Positions 1 through 9,807 of a DNA stretch of 64,000 nt are shown here, in pieces. Each line of letters starts with the position of its first letter. The stretch's first letter is position 1. The position numbers were made by a program, and so were the translations under genes. The DNA lies in assembly GCA_945918795.1 (NCBI GenBank), contig CAMEIT010000002.1, positions 42 to 64,041 of the forward strand. The letters run 5' to 3'. Below the pieces are notes generated by a model that saw only the letters and a program-made list of their open reading frames with translations, made no database searches and had not been told where the DNA came from. Source of the stretch: an uncultured Clostridia bacterium (GTDB lineage: Bacteria > Bacillota > Clostridia > HGM11327).

Positions 1-41
1 GGGTTATGAGCCCGACGAGCTACCAACTGCTCCACCCCGCG
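1..41 (-). tRNA. Partial initiator tRNA-Met (CAU); only the 5' portion is present, truncated by the window edge
   Basis: Reverse complement of 1-41 reads CGCGGGGTGGAGCAGTTGGTAGCTCGTCGGGCTCATAACCC. This is the classic initiator tRNA 5' half, with the three G-C pairs of the anticodon stem and a CAU anticodon loop (CTCATAA). The remainder lies off the window. Confidence 0.6.
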
Positions 42-176
42 ACGTCAACTAAAGAACGTTCATATTATACAACGTTTAGCCTTGTTTGTCAAGTACTTTT
101 TTTAATAAGTCTTATATCCGTTTTCATCTTTGAATTAATTTGTTGAGCCTTATTGCGACGCTCAAACAAAAGATTT

Positions 177-716
177 TTATTTCATAACCTTCACAAACCG
201 AAACATTTCCGATCCGCTCTCGCCGTTGATACCCTCCGGATCATTCGGATCCATATGAGTTTCGCAGAAAAATTCCACAGCGTGGAAGCCGCATTTGTTT
301 ATGTAAAAATGGATATTCCGCATGTCAAAATACGGTGTGCAGGTCTCCCATACCCCGGTTTCGGGGTGGAGCGCTTCAACGGCTTTCCATGCGCCGTAGC
401 CTATGCCTTTTCCGTGCGCATCGGGGGAGACAAAAATCAGGTCAAGGGAATTGTGATGCGTTTTTTTATCTATGCTCAAAACAACGCCGCCCACCTTTTT
501 GCCGTCAAGCATAATGCGGTAAGCTTCGTTTCCGGGTGCGTCAATGCTTTTCTCAATTGTTCTGCGTGAAATGATTTCGCCGTCTGAATCGAGATGATCG
601 TCTCTTTTCCCGAACTCTTCAAGCGCTCCGTACTTGAAAGCCCATTGGTTGTCAAGTATGAATTGTTCGCGGTCGTCCGCCTCCAGCGGAACAAGTGTTA
701 CATTTGTGTTTTTCAT
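177..716 (-). CDS. GNAT family N-acetyltransferase
   Basis: The ORF reads MKNTNVTLVPLEADDREQF...DAHGKGIGYGAWKAV. It has the acetyl-CoA binding motif of GNAT proteins. GGGAGGA sits 7 nt upstream of the ATG at 716. Confidence 0.65.
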   Translation of the reverse strand: MKNTNVTLVPLEADDREQFILDNQWAFKYGALEEFGKRDDHLDSDGEIISRRTIEKSIDAPGNEAYRIMLDGKKVGGVVLSIDKKTHHNSLDLIFVSPDAHGKGIGYGAWKAVEALHPETGVWETCTPYFDMRNIHFYINKCGFHAVEFFCETHMDPNDPEGINGESGSEMFRFVKVMK

Positions 717-1068
717 AATGGAATCCTCCCGTAAATAAAATTGCTCGGCAATAATAATAATGTAATAACCGAGCGCACCCGACACCTTATCTGACATACG
801 CACCCCAAAGCACTGCGGCACTTTGCCTTACGATTACAATACTATATCAAATTGTAGCACATGATTTTGGATTTTGCAATAGGCACGATTGAGTGGATTT
901 TTCGCACGACAATGATATTTTTACATTCTTGCAATCAACTTCAGCCAAGATTTATGCGGAAATTGATTGCGAGGACTGTTATTTTTTTATAAAACGTGGT
1001 ATAATTAATAAAATATAATGTTATGAATTTAATTTTCGGCAGGCTCGTATCCCGAAGAGCAGAAAGGA

Positions 1069-1713
1069 TTGTCTCTATGCAATATTACAGGACAGAATAT
1101 TACAATGAACGCCGCCCCGGGTAAAATAATATATTTCGTGAGGCACGCAAAGGATGACAGCCGATACAGAGGAGGCTGGAGCCGCAGACCGCTTGTGCGT
1201 GAGGGCGACATTCAGGCGCGTGAGCTTGCGGAAAAAATAGGCGGCAGTATAGATACTCTGGCAATAAACACCATAATAAGCTCAGACCTCCCGCGCGCTT
1301 TGCAGACGGCAAAGCCGTGTTCACAGATATTGGATATACCGATAATTACGTCAATGGGCTGGCGTGAAACAAATAACGGAAAGCTTGCCGGTATGCTGAA
1401 CAGAGAGGCTGAGAGGCGTTATCCGGGTATGTATTGGTCTGCGCTTGAACCCGACCAGAGGTATCCCGGAGGAGAAAGTCCGTCGGAATTTTATTGCAGG
1501 ATCAAGCGTGAGTTCGAATTGCTCAAAGCAGACGTTATTGAGGAAAAACTGCGTTCGAATGTAATAGTTTTTACTCATTCCGGAGTCATAAACATACTTT
1601 ACAGCATTATATGCGACGAATTGTGGACTAATAAAAACCGCTCGTTTGATATACCGTATACGAGCGTTCACGCATATGACATGAGCTGTGAGAAAATACA
1701 AAGAATATTATAA
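1069..1713 (+). CDS. Histidine phosphatase family protein (phosphoglycerate mutase-like)
   Basis: N-terminal IIYFVRHAKDD resembles the RHG catalytic motif of histidine phosphatases. AAAGGA lies 8 nt upstream of the ATG at 1069; an alternative ATG is at 1105. Confidence 0.55.
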   Translation: MSLCNITGQNITMNAAPGKIIYFVRHAKDDSRYRGGWSRRPLVREGDIQARELAEKIGGSIDTLAINTIISSDLPRALQTAKPCSQILDIPIITSMGWRETNNGKLAGMLNREAERRYPGMYWSALEPDQRYPGGESPSEFYCRIKREFELLKADVIEEKLRSNVIVFTHSGVINILYSIICDELWTNKNRSFDIPYTSVHAYDMSCEKIQRIL

Positions 1714-1730
1714 AAAGGAAATCGTTTGAA

Positions 1731-2150
1731 ATGAAATTTAACTTCAAGGATAAAAATGAATATATAAGGATAATCAAATTCGGGTTCGTGGGAATTTTCA
1801 ATACGGCTGTCGATTGGGTTGTGTTCTTTTTGTTGAATACTCTTGCCGGGATAAACGTTGTAATAAGTCAGCCGATAGCCTATGCCTGCGGCGTAATATC
1901 AAGCTATTTAGGCAATAAATTCTTTACTTTCAAATCAAAGGAGAAGGTCACATTTGCGGAAACGGCAAAGTTTGTGACGGTCAACCTCATATCATTGGGC
2001 GTTTCGACACTTATAATAACGCTTCTTGTCAAGAACGCCGGCTGGAATGAGTATTTGGCAAAAATACCTTCAACGATAGCGGCAATGGCTGTTAATTTCA
2101 TAGGCAGCAGATTTTTTGTGTTCAACAAGAGCGTTGACGGTGCTGAGTAA
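1731..2150 (+). CDS. GtrA family membrane protein (polysaccharide synthesis associated)
   Basis: 139 aa with 4 predicted TM segments. The GtrA-like signature is FGFVGIFNTAVDWVVFFLL. AAGGAAA RBS is present. Confidence 0.65.
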   Translation: MKFNFKDKNEYIRIIKFGFVGIFNTAVDWVVFFLLNTLAGINVVISQPIAYACGVISSYLGNKFFTFKSKEKVTFAETAKFVTVNLISLGVSTLIITLLVKNAGWNEYLAKIPSTIAAMAVNFIGSRFFVFNKSVDGAE

Positions 2151-2251
2151 ATGTATATGAAATATGCTTAAGCTTTAAGTGAGCATATTATTTCAGTAAA
2201 GTATTATAAAGGAAGGTGTGCCTTGCAGAAAATGCCGAGGCAAAAAAGATT

Positions 2252-3274
2252 ATGAATGAAAAGGTGAGATTTGCGATAGTCGGATGCGGAAGAATAGCTC
2301 CGTTTCATGCGGACGGTATTGCCAAGGCTCCGTCGGCAGAGCTTTGTGCTGTATGCGATGTTGTGGAAGAAAAAGCACGCGATTTTGCACTCAACAGAGG
2401 CTTGCAAAAATGGTATACGGATGCGGACGATATGTTCAGAAATGAAAAGATCGATGTATGCTGTGTATGCGTACCGAGCGGATTGCATCATGAAATAGCA
2501 ATAAAAGCGGCAGGGTACGGAATAAACGTTCTGTGCGAAAAACCGCTTGACATTAATTCGGACAATATGCTTGAAATGATAAAGGCGTGCGAGGATAACA
2601 ATGTAAAGCTCGGAGCGATATTCCAAAGACGCACTTATCAGGCGGCGTGCGAAGTAAAAAAGGCGATCGATAACGGCTCGTTCGGAAAAATCACGATAGG
2701 AAGCGCACATCTTTATTTTTACCGCGATCAGGATTATTACGACAGCGGCGAATGGCGCGGAACGTGGGCTCTTGACGGAGGCGGCGCGCTTATGAATCAG
2801 GGCGTACACGGAGTGGATATGATAACATGGCTTATGGGCGGAGTGAAAAGCTTAAGAGCCGATTGCAAGAGACTTCTTTGGAATACGGAAGTGGAGGATA
2901 CGGCGGTTATAACTCTTACATATAAAAACGGAGCTGTGGGAGTTATCGAGTGCACGACATCGGTTTATCCGGGACTTGAAACTGTGTTCACGGTAGGCGG
3001 CCAAAACGGATCGGTTCTTTTCGGCGATAATATGATATATTCGTGGAAATTCAAAAACGATACTCCTTCTCAGCCGGAAATCGAGGACGCTTTTGCCGGA
3101 ACAAACTGCTCATATGACGATTGCTCGCCTCACGCGGTTCAGATAGAGGATATGGCAAGGGCTGTTATTGAAAACAGAGAACCTATGATTACGGGCAAAG
3201 AAGCAATGCAAAGCGTCAAGGTCATACTTGCAATATATGAGTCCGCAAGAACGGGCAGGGAAGTCTTTTTATAA
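2252..3274 (+). CDS. Gfo/Idh/MocA family NAD(P)-dependent oxidoreductase
   Basis: Rossmann-fold N-terminus VRFAIVGCGRIAPFHADGI plus the EKPL motif typical of Gfo/Idh/MocA. Start was chosen at the ATG giving MNEKVRF; the GTG at 2216 lies too close to the SD. Confidence 0.7.
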   Translation: MNEKVRFAIVGCGRIAPFHADGIAKAPSAELCAVCDVVEEKARDFALNRGLQKWYTDADDMFRNEKIDVCCVCVPSGLHHEIAIKAAGYGINVLCEKPLDINSDNMLEMIKACEDNNVKLGAIFQRRTYQAACEVKKAIDNGSFGKITIGSAHLYFYRDQDYYDSGEWRGTWALDGGGALMNQGVHGVDMITWLMGGVKSLRADCKRLLWNTEVEDTAVITLTYKNGAVGVIECTTSVYPGLETVFTVGGQNGSVLFGDNMIYSWKFKNDTPSQPEIEDAFAGTNCSYDDCSPHAVQIEDMARAVIENREPMITGKEAMQSVKVILAIYESARTGREVFL

Positions 3275-4092
3275 TGGACATAATAAGCAGTAAGAAATTT
3301 AATTATATTGTTTGCCCGAAATGCAGAAAAAAGCTGTCCGTTTCGGGCAATACGCTTAAGTGCGCCGACGGACATTCATTTGATATTGCGTCATGCGGAT
3401 ATGTAAATCTGCTTCCTCCGCATAAAACAGGCGATGTGCCCGGTGACAGCAAGGAAATGGTAAGGGCAAGACGCGATTTTTTGTCAAAGGGCTACTATAA
3501 GCCTCTTGCAGATAAATTATACGAAATAATAAAAGGCTACAAGCCCGAGATAATTGCGGATATAGGCTGCGGAGAAGGATATTATACATCGGGAATGGGT
3601 GCTTTCGGTGCTCACGTAATGGGCTTTGACATATCAAAGTATGCGCTTATGTATGCCGCAAAACGCGACAAGGCGTCTGATTACTGCACGGCAAATCTGC
3701 ACGATATTCCTCTTGCTGACAATACGGCTGATATGGCGGTATGCTGTTTTTGCGCGCATGACGAGCACGAATTTGCACGCATATTGAAAGAAAACGGAAA
3801 GCTCATAACGGTGCTTCCCGCAAAACGTCATTTGTTCGGCTTGAAAGAGATTCTTTACGATAAGCCTTACGAAAATACGGAAGAAAATGAGGCAATGGAA
3901 TACTTTTGCCTCGTTGAAGAGGACAGGGTAGAGTATACGGTTGATATAGACTGCACTGACGATATAATGAATCTGTTTTCCATGACGCCGTATTTCTGGA
4001 AAACGTCCAAAGACGGAGTTGACAGACTGAAAGCGATGTCTCATCTGAATACGGAGCTCGGTTTTGTGATAAGGACGTACGTCAAGCGCTGA
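3274..4092 (+). CDS. rRNA (guanine-N1)-methyltransferase RlmA/RrmA-like, with a zinc ribbon and a class I SAM-MTase domain
   Basis: N-terminal CPKCRKK...LKCADGH Cys4 zinc ribbon followed by the SAM-binding motif IADIGCGEGYYT. TAATG stop/start overlap with the upstream gene. Confidence 0.55.
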   Translation: MDIISSKKFNYIVCPKCRKKLSVSGNTLKCADGHSFDIASCGYVNLLPPHKTGDVPGDSKEMVRARRDFLSKGYYKPLADKLYEIIKGYKPEIIADIGCGEGYYTSGMGAFGAHVMGFDISKYALMYAAKRDKASDYCTANLHDIPLADNTADMAVCCFCAHDEHEFARILKENGKLITVLPAKRHLFGLKEILYDKPYENTEENEAMEYFCLVEEDRVEYTVDIDCTDDIMNLFSMTPYFWKTSKDGVDRLKAMSHLNTELGFVIRTYVKR

Positions 4093-4129
4093 TTTTCAGT
4101 GCGGAATAAAAATAAAGGATAGTTTATTC

Positions 4130-4687
4130 ATGGAATATCTGTGGAAAGTGCTCGGCATAATGGCGGTTGTTTGTGCCGTGGCAAATATAGCTATTAATAT
4201 TCTTGTTATTTTCAGAGTGAAAATGACATTCAGCTGTGATATATATATAACAGAATATGTGATGTCGGCTGTTATTTTGCTTGCTTTGCTAAGACAGCTT
4301 TTGAGCGATACGTGGATAGTCATAATATCAGCATTGCTTTTGCTCTTGTGGTGTGTACTTATGAGCGTATTCAGGCTTAAAGGGCTTCATTTTATAAGAG
4401 TGTTCGGCATAAAAAAGGTAATGCACGAGAAGCTACGCGATAAGCTTGAAAAATCATGCGCGAATGCCGGACTTGACAGAACGAGCGCTTATATTTACGG
4501 CGGCGACGCTGAGACTCCGTGCAATATGATAATATTCAGGCACGCCGATTCTGCTGTGAGAAAGTCTGTTACCTATGACGTAAATAAATTCATGAAGAAT
4601 TATGCCTGCGGAATAGTTGTGCCGTGCGTGGTGGAGTTTCTGCTTGATGCGGCGGTCATATTTATTGTTTTCAGCGTGCTGGTGTGA
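4130..4687 (+). CDS. Hypothetical integral membrane protein
   Basis: 185 aa with several hydrophobic helices and an AAAGGA RBS. No recognisable family. Confidence 0.45.
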   Translation: MEYLWKVLGIMAVVCAVANIAINILVIFRVKMTFSCDIYITEYVMSAVILLALLRQLLSDTWIVIISALLLLLWCVLMSVFRLKGLHFIRVFGIKKVMHEKLRDKLEKSCANAGLDRTSAYIYGGDAETPCNMIIFRHADSAVRKSVTYDVNKFMKNYACGIVVPCVVEFLLDAAVIFIVFSVLV

Positions 4688-4807
4688 TGCTGCGTTTGAT
4701 TCACGGATAAATAAATGATATTGACAATATGGTTTCTATTATCAATTCAAATTTGATTTGATGACATATATTTTTTTGAATAGCTTTGTGCTATTGGAGG
4801 GGTAAAA

Positions 4808-5827
4808 GTGGTTAAAGATCTGACTACATCGCAAATTGACAGGCAAAATATATTAAATAATGACCTTGCTATTGCTGAAATTCAAAAGGCTTCAAATATT
4901 GACTGCGTTTTTTTTGAGGACAGATTATATTTAACAAAGGAAATGGTTGCCGCCTTTTTTGAGGTGGATGTAAGGACAATTGAACGTTATATCTCTTCTT
5001 TTAGTGAGGAATTGAAAAGCAATGGCTATGAGATTTTAAAAGGCAAGAGACTAAAGGATTTTTTGAAGGCGTATTATGAGCATTTTGGTACCGACATTAA
5101 TGTCGGTACCAAAACGACGGTACTTGGCGTATTTGATTTTAAGGCGTTCTTGAATATTGCAATGCTTCTGCCGGAAAGTGAAAACGCGCGAATTCTGCGA
5201 CAGTTAATGCTCGACATCGTTATAGATTTAATTAATCAGAAAACGGGCGGAGGAACAAAATATATAAATCAACGCGACAGGGACTTCATTGGAGCATATC
5301 TTCAAGAAGAAAATTACAGACGCGAATTTACAGATGCACTGCGGGATTATGTCGATATGGGTAACGCTAAATATGCTATTTTCACAGATATGATTTACCA
5401 GAGCATATTTAAGGAAAAATCTCGTGAATATCGCGAAATTTTACGACTTCAAAAAAATGACAAGGTTAGAGATACTTTATATTCGGAAGTGCTCGAAATA
5501 GTTTCTTCTTATGAACGCGGACTTGCAGTTATGATAAAAGAACAATCAGAGGCAGTCGGGCATAAGCTCAGTAATTGGGAAGTAAATGATGTGTTTCATG
5601 CTTTTGAATTGTTGCCGCACTGGAAGCCGTTGATATTCAGTGCGCGTACTAAAATGGCAAGCCGGGATTTGGCATTAAGAGATGCTTTTCATAAACAGTT
5701 AAATGATTATATAAAACCGTTGGAACGCGAAGAATATGAAAGATTTCTCGGGAATGAGGGAGATCAGATTGAAAAACTCATGCAGGAAAATCAGGATGTG
5801 TTAAAACGCCTTAAGGAGCGTGAGTGA
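4808..5827 (+). CDS. RhuM-like (virulence protein RhuM family) DNA-binding protein; putative partner/antitoxin of the downstream Doc
   Basis: 339 aa. The N-terminal region (EDRLYLTKEMVAAFFEVDVRTIERYI) resembles the HTH region of RhuM-family proteins. GTG start with GGAGGGG 5 nt upstream. Stop TGA at 5825-5827 is 1 nt before the doc ATG. Confidence 0.5.
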   Translation: MVKDLTTSQIDRQNILNNDLAIAEIQKASNIDCVFFEDRLYLTKEMVAAFFEVDVRTIERYISSFSEELKSNGYEILKGKRLKDFLKAYYEHFGTDINVGTKTTVLGVFDFKAFLNIAMLLPESENARILRQLMLDIVIDLINQKTGGGTKYINQRDRDFIGAYLQEENYRREFTDALRDYVDMGNAKYAIFTDMIYQSIFKEKSREYREILRLQKNDKVRDTLYSEVLEIVSSYERGLAVMIKEQSEAVGHKLSNWEVNDVFHAFELLPHWKPLIFSARTKMASRDLALRDAFHKQLNDYIKPLEREEYERFLGNEGDQIEKLMQENQDVLKRLKERE

Positions 5828-5828
5828 T

Positions 5829-6266
5829 ATGGCGGAATTGTGTTATATCACTATTGATGAAGCAATAAAGATTCATCAACAAACTGTTGAACATAGTGGC
5901 GGAGGAGCTTTAGGCCATTTTGATTTGGGCAAATTGGAAAGCGTTTTGGAAAATATTCAAAATGATGATTATTATTTAACCTTTGTCGATAAAATAACAC
6001 ATTTATTCTTTTGCACGTGTAAATTTCATTGCTTTGAGGACGGAAACAAACGTCTTGCCATCACGTTATCGGCACAATTTTTATTGAAAAACGGATACCT
6101 GCTCGTTGCACAATCTTTTTTAAGGGAAATGGAGAATATCAGTTATCATGTTGCCGCAGGAAAGATCAGCAAAGAACTGTTACATGACATATTGGATTCG
6201 ATTTTGAAGGGACAATTTGAAAATGATGAAGAACTGAAATTAAGGATCATTAATGCCATTATGTAA
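5829..6266 (+). CDS. doc: Doc/Fic family toxin (death-on-curing)
   Basis: Contains the Fic/Doc active-site motif HCFEDGNKRLA (HxFx(D/E)GNKR). 146 aa. AAGGAG 10 nt upstream of the ATG. Confidence 0.75.
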   Translation: MAELCYITIDEAIKIHQQTVEHSGGGALGHFDLGKLESVLENIQNDDYYLTFVDKITHLFFCTCKFHCFEDGNKRLAITLSAQFLLKNGYLLVAQSFLREMENISYHVAAGKISKELLHDILDSILKGQFENDEELKLRIINAIM

Positions 6267-6392
6267 TAATAAAACCAACCATTATTGATTTTCAAGGATG
6301 GTTTTATTGAAACATAAATCTCGATTGTTGTTTTTTAAGGAAGATTTATGTTATAATATGTTCGATAGCTTATTTACCGAAATATAATATAA

Positions 6393-6433
6393 TATCCGCA
6401 ACGGGGCTTAATACCCCGCCGCGGATATTTTTT
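6393..6433 (+). terminator. Rho-independent terminator
   Basis: GC-rich hairpin ATATCCGCaacGGGGCttaataCCCCgccGCGGATAT followed by TTTTTT. Confidence 0.55.
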
Positions 6434-6519
6434 GCTTCAAGCCAAAATATTTTTCAGCCATTTCTTGTTTACAAAGTATATAGGCAGGCAAATAAGCGGT
6501 AATATTACCGCTTATTTTG

Positions 6520-7221
6520 TCACATAATACTCATTAATTGCAAAAGATACAGTATTATGAAAAAGACAACGGGCACGGCGAGCGCGGGAAGCATATTAAG
6601 CGTTTTTATGTTTTTGATGTTGAGTATGGATATTCCCGAGCTTGCAATCAATATGCCGCCTATAATTGAAATTTCGGTCATGAGGTCGGGCGGAATGAAG
6701 TTGCCCGCCAGACAGCCCAAAAGGTATATACTGCCCTGCCACACAAAAAGTACGCCTGCCGCAAGGGCGATGCCTATGCCGTATGTGGACGCGAGCACCA
6801 TGGATGTGACAAGGTCGAGGGTTGCATTTGTGAAAAGATAAGTATTGTCCGAATTAACGGCACTTTCTATCGGTCCGAGTATTGAGAGCGTGCCTATGCA
6901 GAACAAAAGCACAGCCGTTGAAAGACCTTTGCCGAGCTCCGACGAGCCGAATTTGATTTTGTCTGTAAGATTGTGAAAGCCCGAATCTATATCGAGAATA
7001 TTGCCTATCAGACTGCCCAAAGCAAGGCTCACTATAAACAGCACGGGATATTTGCTGTTGGGCATATTTTTAACTACGGCGTTTATGCCGAGTGCTGTTG
7101 CCGCAAGCCCCATTGCCGTGAACAGTGCGTCGCGGTATTTTTCTTTTATTCCTTTTCTTGCAATACTTCCTATTGTACTGCCGACTATTATTGCGGCAGT
7201 GTTGACGACGGTTCCTATCAT
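6520..7221 (-). CDS. DUF554 family membrane protein (YqgA/YdfK-like)
   Basis: 233 aa polytopic membrane protein. The N-terminus MIGTVVNTAAIIVGSTIGSIARKGI is typical of DUF554. Confidence 0.6.
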   Translation of the reverse strand: MIGTVVNTAAIIVGSTIGSIARKGIKEKYRDALFTAMGLAATALGINAVVKNMPNSKYPVLFIVSLALGSLIGNILDIDSGFHNLTDKIKFGSSELGKGLSTAVLLFCIGTLSILGPIESAVNSDNTYLFTNATLDLVTSMVLASTYGIGIALAAGVLFVWQGSIYLLGCLAGNFIPPDLMTEISIIGGILIASSGISILNIKNIKTLNMLPALAVPVVFFIILYLLQLMSIM

Positions 7222-7352
7222 ATTCTTAAAATCAATAAATTATTTGCGGTTCTTGCCGAGGTATACATACATCGAAACATATCAATAATTTCAAATCGCA
7301 TCCGTAAAATAAAATGCTGTTTGAAAAATCGACATTTGTGTTAACACGGTGT

Positions 7353-8180
7353 TTATTTTATAATGCCCAAAATGTCTGCAATACTCTCGAGCGTGAACGT
7401 GGGTTTTATATCTCCGTTTATAATATCGCAAAGCTCTGCCTCGCCCGAAAGCACGCATACGGACGTGATGCCGGCATTTATTCCCGCGGCAATATCCGTA
7501 TACAGCCTGTCGCCTATTATAACGGCGTCTTGTTTTGCACAGGAATATTTCTCCAATGCAAAATCAATCATGGCAGGCTCGGGCTTGCCTATGTAAAGCG
7601 GCCTTTTGCCTGTCGCCATGAAGAGCATTTCACACATTGCAAAGCAGTCCGGAACAAAGCCGAAGCCTACGGGGCACGCTTTGTCGGGATTGGTGGCAAT
7701 GTAATGTACATTATATTTTGTGAGCATCTCGGATGTGCGGCGGAGCTTTTCGTACGTTAACTCTGTGTCGTATCCGACAAGCACTATTCCCGCCTCGGCG
7801 TCGACCTCTTCGGTAACGCTTATACCCGATTCCTCAAGCTCTCTTATAAGGGAGCGCGTTCCCATACAGAATACCTTTTCGTGAAGGTAATTTGACTTGA
7901 TATATCGTGCTGTTGCCTGCGATGATGTGAAAAAGTCGTCATACTCTGCCGGTATACCCATTTGGGACAGCTTTTTTACATAATCGTTTACGGATTTTGA
8001 GGAGTTGTTCGTAATAAAAACGTATCTTCCTTTGTTTTCCTTTATTTGGCGCAAAAAATCAAGTGTGCTCTCAAATAATCTGTTTTCTTCGTAAATCGTT
8101 CCGTCCATGTCGAGCAGAAAAAGCTTTTTGTTTTTCAGTGCAGAGGCGTCGATATAGAACTTGTCCAAAAATGTATCCAC
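7353..8180 (-). CDS. HAD-IIA family sugar-phosphatase (NagD-like)
   Basis: DMDGT motif I (LFLLDMDGTIYEE) and a C-terminal GD motif (VIIGDRLYTDI). GTG start. Confidence 0.65.
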   Translation of the reverse strand: MDTFLDKFYIDASALKNKKLFLLDMDGTIYEENRLFESTLDFLRQIKENKGRYVFITNNSSKSVNDYVKKLSQMGIPAEYDDFFTSSQATARYIKSNYLHEKVFCMGTRSLIRELEESGISVTEEVDAEAGIVLVGYDTELTYEKLRRTSEMLTKYNVHYIATNPDKACPVGFGFVPDCFAMCEMLFMATGKRPLYIGKPEPAMIDFALEKYSCAKQDAVIIGDRLYTDIAAGINAGITSVCVLSGEAELCDIINGDIKPTFTLESIADILGIIK

Positions 8181-8355
8181 TGTCGGAAACCCAATCCTTT
8201 TATATCAAAATATTCCGTAAAATCAATGCTTTATATTCAATTCGATGTAATTATAACATATATTTCCCGCCAAATCAAGCAAAACGGGCAAATATAATAA
8301 ATCTGCCGACCTTATGGAGAGTCGGCAGACGAGGAGAAGCTGTTATGAATTGAAT

Positions 8356-9807
8356 TTACATTTTAGCAAAAGCATTTTTGAGTGCAGGATAAAGCGACTT
8401 GAATATTTCGTATTTTTTGTCGTACAAAGCGACAGTTTGACTGTCAGGCTTGACTGTGGACTTGATTTTTACAATATTGTTTACGGCATCGTATACATTA
8501 TTATATGCGCCTGAGCCTACCATTGCAAGTATTGCCGCACCGTAAGAGGGACCCTGCTCTGTAACGGGAGATGAGACTGTAACGTTCAGCACGTTTGCGA
8601 TGATTTTCTTCCATATCTCGCTTCTTGCACCTCCGCCGCATATATTCGTAGACGTGATGTTAAGTCCGTTTTTCCTTGCCGACTCAACGCAGTCGCGCAA
8701 TGCAAACGCAACGCCTTCGAGCACGGCAAGACTCATTTGTTCTCTTGTCGTATTCGCACTGATACCTATAAATGCGCCCTTGGCGTTTGTGTCGTTATGC
8801 GGACTTCTTTCTCCCATGAGATACGGCAGAAAAAATACGCTGTTTTTCCCGAGGAGTGGTTCTGAATTTTGTGTTTCGGCAGAATAGTCGCTTGCCTGCA
8901 AAATGTCTTGTATCCACCATTTGTTGCAAGAGGCGGCGGAAAGTATGCAGCCCATGAGATGCCACCTACCTGTTGCGTGCGCAAACGAGTGAAGTGAGTT
9001 GCCCGGGTCCGAAACAAAATTGTCGCCCGATATGAATATGGTGCCGCTCGTGCCGAGCGATATGTTGCAGCTGCCGTTTGCTACCGTGCCCGTGCCGACA
9101 GCCGCGGCGGCATTGTCGCCTGCGCCGGCTGTAACGACAGCATTGGGTAGATTGTATTCTTCCTTGAGCTTGCCCGTGACCTCATAGCTCTCAAAAAGGC
9201 GCGGGAGCCATTCGGGCTTTACGGAGCATATGCGGCACATTTCCTCAGACCAGCACTTGTTTTCAACGTCAAGCAACAGCATACCCGAAGCATCCGAGTA
9301 ATCGCTTGAAAAAACTCCCGTCAGCATATATGCCACGTAATCCTTCGGAAGCATTATCTTTGCTATCCTGCGGAAATTTTCAGGCTCGTTTTCTTTTACC
9401 CACAGTATTTTCGGCGCAGTAAATCCGGCAAAGGCTATGTTTGCGGTAAGGCGTGTAAGCTTGCTTTTGCCTATTTCGTTATTGAGATAATCGGTTTGCT
9501 TTTGACTTCTGCCGTCATTCCAAAGAATTGCAGGGCGTATTACATTGTCGTTTTCATCGAGCATCACAAGACCATGCATTTGTCCGCCGAATGAAACGCC
9601 TGCTATTTCGTTGCTTATGCCGTCGGAAAGCGAGGCGAGAATTTCCTTTGCGGCATCAAGCCAATCGCATGGGTTTTGCTCGCTCCATCCCTCGTAAGGA
9701 TAAAAAACGGGATATTCAACGTTTGCTTCTTTTAATATACGTCCGCTTTTGTCCGCAAGAATACCTTTTGCGGAGCTTGTTCCGAGATCAATGCCAATAT
9801 AGTACAT
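8356..9807 (-). CDS. xylB: Xylulokinase (FGGY carbohydrate kinase)
   Basis: 483 aa with the FGGY N-terminal motif YYIGIDLGTSSAKGIL. Start ATG overlaps the stop of the upstream isomerase (TGATG). Confidence 0.75.
   Translation of the reverse strand: MYYIGIDLGTSSAKGILADKSGRILKEANVEYPVFYPYEGWSEQNPCDWLDAAKEILASLSDGISNEIAGVSFGGQMHGLVMLDENDNVIRPAILWNDGRSQKQTDYLNNEIGKSKLTRLTANIAFAGFTAPKILWVKENEPENFRRIAKIMLPKDYVAYMLTGVFSSDYSDASGMLLLDVENKCWSEEMCRICSVKPEWLPRLFESYEVTGKLKEEYNLPNAVVTAGAGDNAAAAVGTGTVANGSCNISLGTSGTIFISGDNFVSDPGNSLHSFAHATGRWHLMGCILSAASCNKWWIQDILQASDYSAETQNSEPLLGKNSVFFLPYLMGERSPHNDTNAKGAFIGISANTTREQMSLAVLEGVAFALRDCVESARKNGLNITSTNICGGGARSEIWKKIIANVLNVTVSSPVTEQGPSYGAAILAMVGSGAYNNVYDAVNNIVKIKSTVKPDSQTVALYDKKYEIFKSLYPALKNAFAKM

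Noticed and set aside
153-569. 138-aa ORF antisense to the GNAT acetyltransferase.
   Set aside because: Antisense shadow ORF. The GNAT frame has the conserved acetyl-CoA motif and an RBS.
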